A stretch of DNA of 20,091 bases from Methylobacter tundripaludum (lineage in GTDB: Bacteria > Pseudomonadota > Gammaproteobacteria > Methylococcales > Methylomonadaceae), in NCBI GenBank assembly GCA_005239965.1, contig SBAV01000548.1:1-20091 (forward strand), in the 5' to 3' direction. Below the pieces are notes generated by a model. It was not told where the DNA came from. It searched no databases and worked only from the letters and a program-made list of their open reading frames with translations. Positions 18,372-20,091 of this stretch are shown piece by piece (positions within the stretch are counted from its first letter, which is position 1; the number at the start of each line of letters is the position of its first letter). The position numbers were made by a program, and so were the translations under genes.

Positions 18372-18406
18372 TGTTCTGTTCTTCTCGCTGCCAAGAGCTA
18401 TTAAAT

Positions 18407-19993
18407 TTACAATTCCCGCGTGGCACTGAACTTGATATCCGGCCAACGCTCTTCGGTCAATTGTAAATTGACGCGGCTATTAGCCACATAAACCAGGTGG
18501 CCGCCACCGTCTTCAGCCAGATTGTCGAAAGCTTTCTTTTTGAATTCTTCCAGTTTGGTGGGCTTGTCGGAGCTGACCCAGCGCACGGTTGAAATAGGCA
18601 CGGCATCGTAGACGCATTCAACGTTGTATTCGCCTTTTAACCGGAAAGCCGTCACATCAAACTGGAGTATGCCGACCGCACCGAGGATAAGATCGTTATT
18701 CTTTAACGGCCTGAACAACTGGGTTGCACCCTCTTCGGTTAATTGGATCAAGCCTTTTTGCAGGGCTTTGGCACGCAAAGGATCTTTTAATATTACCCGA
18801 CGAAACAATTCGGGCGCAAAATAGGGAATGCCGCCGTATTTCAAGGTTTCGCCCTGGGTAAAGGTATCGCCGACCTGAATGGTGCCGTGGTTGTGCAAGC
18901 CAATAATATCGCCCGGAAAGGCTTCTTCCACATTTTTGCGGGTATCGGCCTGAAAGGTAATGGCATTGGAAATTTGCACGGTTTTGCCGAGACGGACATG
19001 ATAAATTTTCATACCTTTTTCAAACTTACCGGAACACACCCGTAAAAAAGCCACGCGGTCGCGGTGCGCCGGATCCATATTGGCCTGTACTTTAAACACA
19101 AAACCGGTAAATTTATCTTCGTCAGGGCGGACAGTGCGTTGTTCTGCTGGGCGTGGCATAGGGGACGGTGCGAATTCGGCGAGTGCATCCAGCAATTCCA
19201 GGATGCCGAAGTTATTAATGGCGGAACCAAAAAATACCGGCGTTAACTTGCCTGCGAGGTATTCATCCAGGTCAAATTCATGGCTAGCGCCTTTAACCAA
19301 ATCGATTTCATCACGTAATTCTTGCGCCTGATCACCCAACAAAGCATCGAGCTTCTCATTATGCAGGCCCTTAATGACTTCCGCAGCGGCAATCTTGCCG
19401 CCATGCTGGGCACTGAACAAGTGAATCTCATCTTTATACAAATGATAAACCCCCTTAAAACGCTTGCCCATGCCAATAGGCCAGGTCATCGGTGCACATT
19501 TTATTTTTAAAACATCCTCAACTTCGTCCATTAATTCAATGGGTTCTCGGCCTTCACGGTCAAGCTTATTGATGAAGGTCAAAATGGGTGTGGTACGCAG
19601 GCGGCAAACTTCCATCAAGTTGATGGTGCGTTCTTCGACACCTTTGGCCACGTCGATAACCATCAGGGCTGAATCGACAGCCGTCAGCGTCCGGTAAGTG
19701 TCCTCGGAAAAATCCTCATGGCCAGGCGTATCCAACAAGTTGATAATACAGTCCTTATGCTCAAACTGCATCACCGACGTAGTGACCGAAATACCCCGCT
19801 CCTTTTCCATTTCCATCCAGTCAGATGTGGCATGGCGGGCGGCTTTTCTGCCCTTTACCGAGCCTGCCAACTGGATGGCACCGCCAAACAGCAACAGCTT
19901 TTCGGTCAGCGTGGTTTTACCCGCATCCGGGTGAGAAATGATTGCAAATGTTCGACGGTGATTGATTTCACTGGCTATTTCAGAGATCGACAT
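18407..19993 (-). CDS. prfC: Peptide chain release factor 3 (GTPase)
   Basis: 528 aa. G1 [17 protein letters not shown] and NKLD GTPase motifs. The N-terminus is typical of RF3. Confidence 0.9.
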   Translation of the reverse strand: MSISEIASEINHRRTFAIISHPDAGKTTLTEKLLLFGGAIQLAGSVKGRKAARHATSDWMEMEKERGISVTTSVMQFEHKDCIINLLDTPGHEDFSEDTYRTLTAVDSALMVIDVAKGVEERTINLMEVCRLRTTPILTFINKLDREGREPIELMDEVEDVLKIKCAPMTWPIGMGKRFKGVYHLYKDEIHLFSAQHGGKIAAAEVIKGLHNEKLDALLGDQAQELRDEIDLVKGASHEFDLDEYLAGKLTPVFFGSAINNFGILELLDALAEFAPSPMPRPAEQRTVRPDEDKFTGFVFKVQANMDPAHRDRVAFLRVCSGKFEKGMKIYHVRLGKTVQISNAITFQADTRKNVEEAFPGDIIGLHNHGTIQVGDTFTQGETLKYGGIPYFAPELFRRVILKDPLRAKALQKGLIQLTEEGATQLFRPLKNNDLILGAVGILQFDVTAFRLKGEYNVECVYDAVPISTVRWVSSDKPTKLEEFKKKAFDNLAEDGGGHLVYVANSRVNLQLTEERWPDIKFSATREL

Positions 19994-20051
19994 GTCAAGT
20001 GTTATCTAAGGTAAGTTTTTGCACACAACAAAGGCTAACGCAGGAGTGTTG

Positions 20052-20091
20052 ATGGAATTAGGTTTGTGGCAGGCCCAGCATAAGAGACAAA
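20052..20091 (+). CDS. 5' end of an unidentified gene, divergent from prfC (MELGLWQAQHKRQ...). It runs off the window.
   Basis: ATG at 20052 preceded by AGGAG with a 5-nt spacer. Only 13 codons are visible. Confidence 0.3.
   Translation, partial: MELGLWQAQHKRQ

Overview
This is a chromosomal core-like stretch from a proteobacterium, probably gamma/beta-type, with GC roughly in the mid-40s%. It holds eleven intact protein-coding genes and the first few codons of a twelfth.

Genes in order:
- An SPFH/band-7 (flotillin/YqiK-like) membrane protein with internal tandem repeats, on the minus strand.
- A small P4H-like 2OG-Fe(II) oxygenase, transcribed divergently from it.
- recC, with no recB or recD next to it.
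- A convergent minus-strand pair: low-molecular-weight protein-tyrosine phosphatase, then a dienelactone-hydrolase-family protein.
- ftsK.
- A minus-strand block: aceE-aceF-lpdA (pyruvate dehydrogenase E1/E2/E3), followed directly by a GH17+GT2 NdvB-like beta-glucan synthase.
- prfC, on the minus strand, and a + strand gene starting at 20052 that runs off the window.

I found no tRNA/rRNA, CRISPR, transposase, integrase or recognisable defence system, and no convincing novel multi-gene system.

The most unusual items:
- An imperfect ~55-bp direct repeat that flanks the SPFH gene on both sides.
- Four 74-aa tandem repeats inside the SPFH protein.
- recC standing alone.
- The NdvB-like gene sitting as a fourth cistron after the PDH genes.
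- A single-lipoyl-domain AceF.

All functional calls rest on motif recognition by eye in the supplied translations. Nothing was searched against a database.
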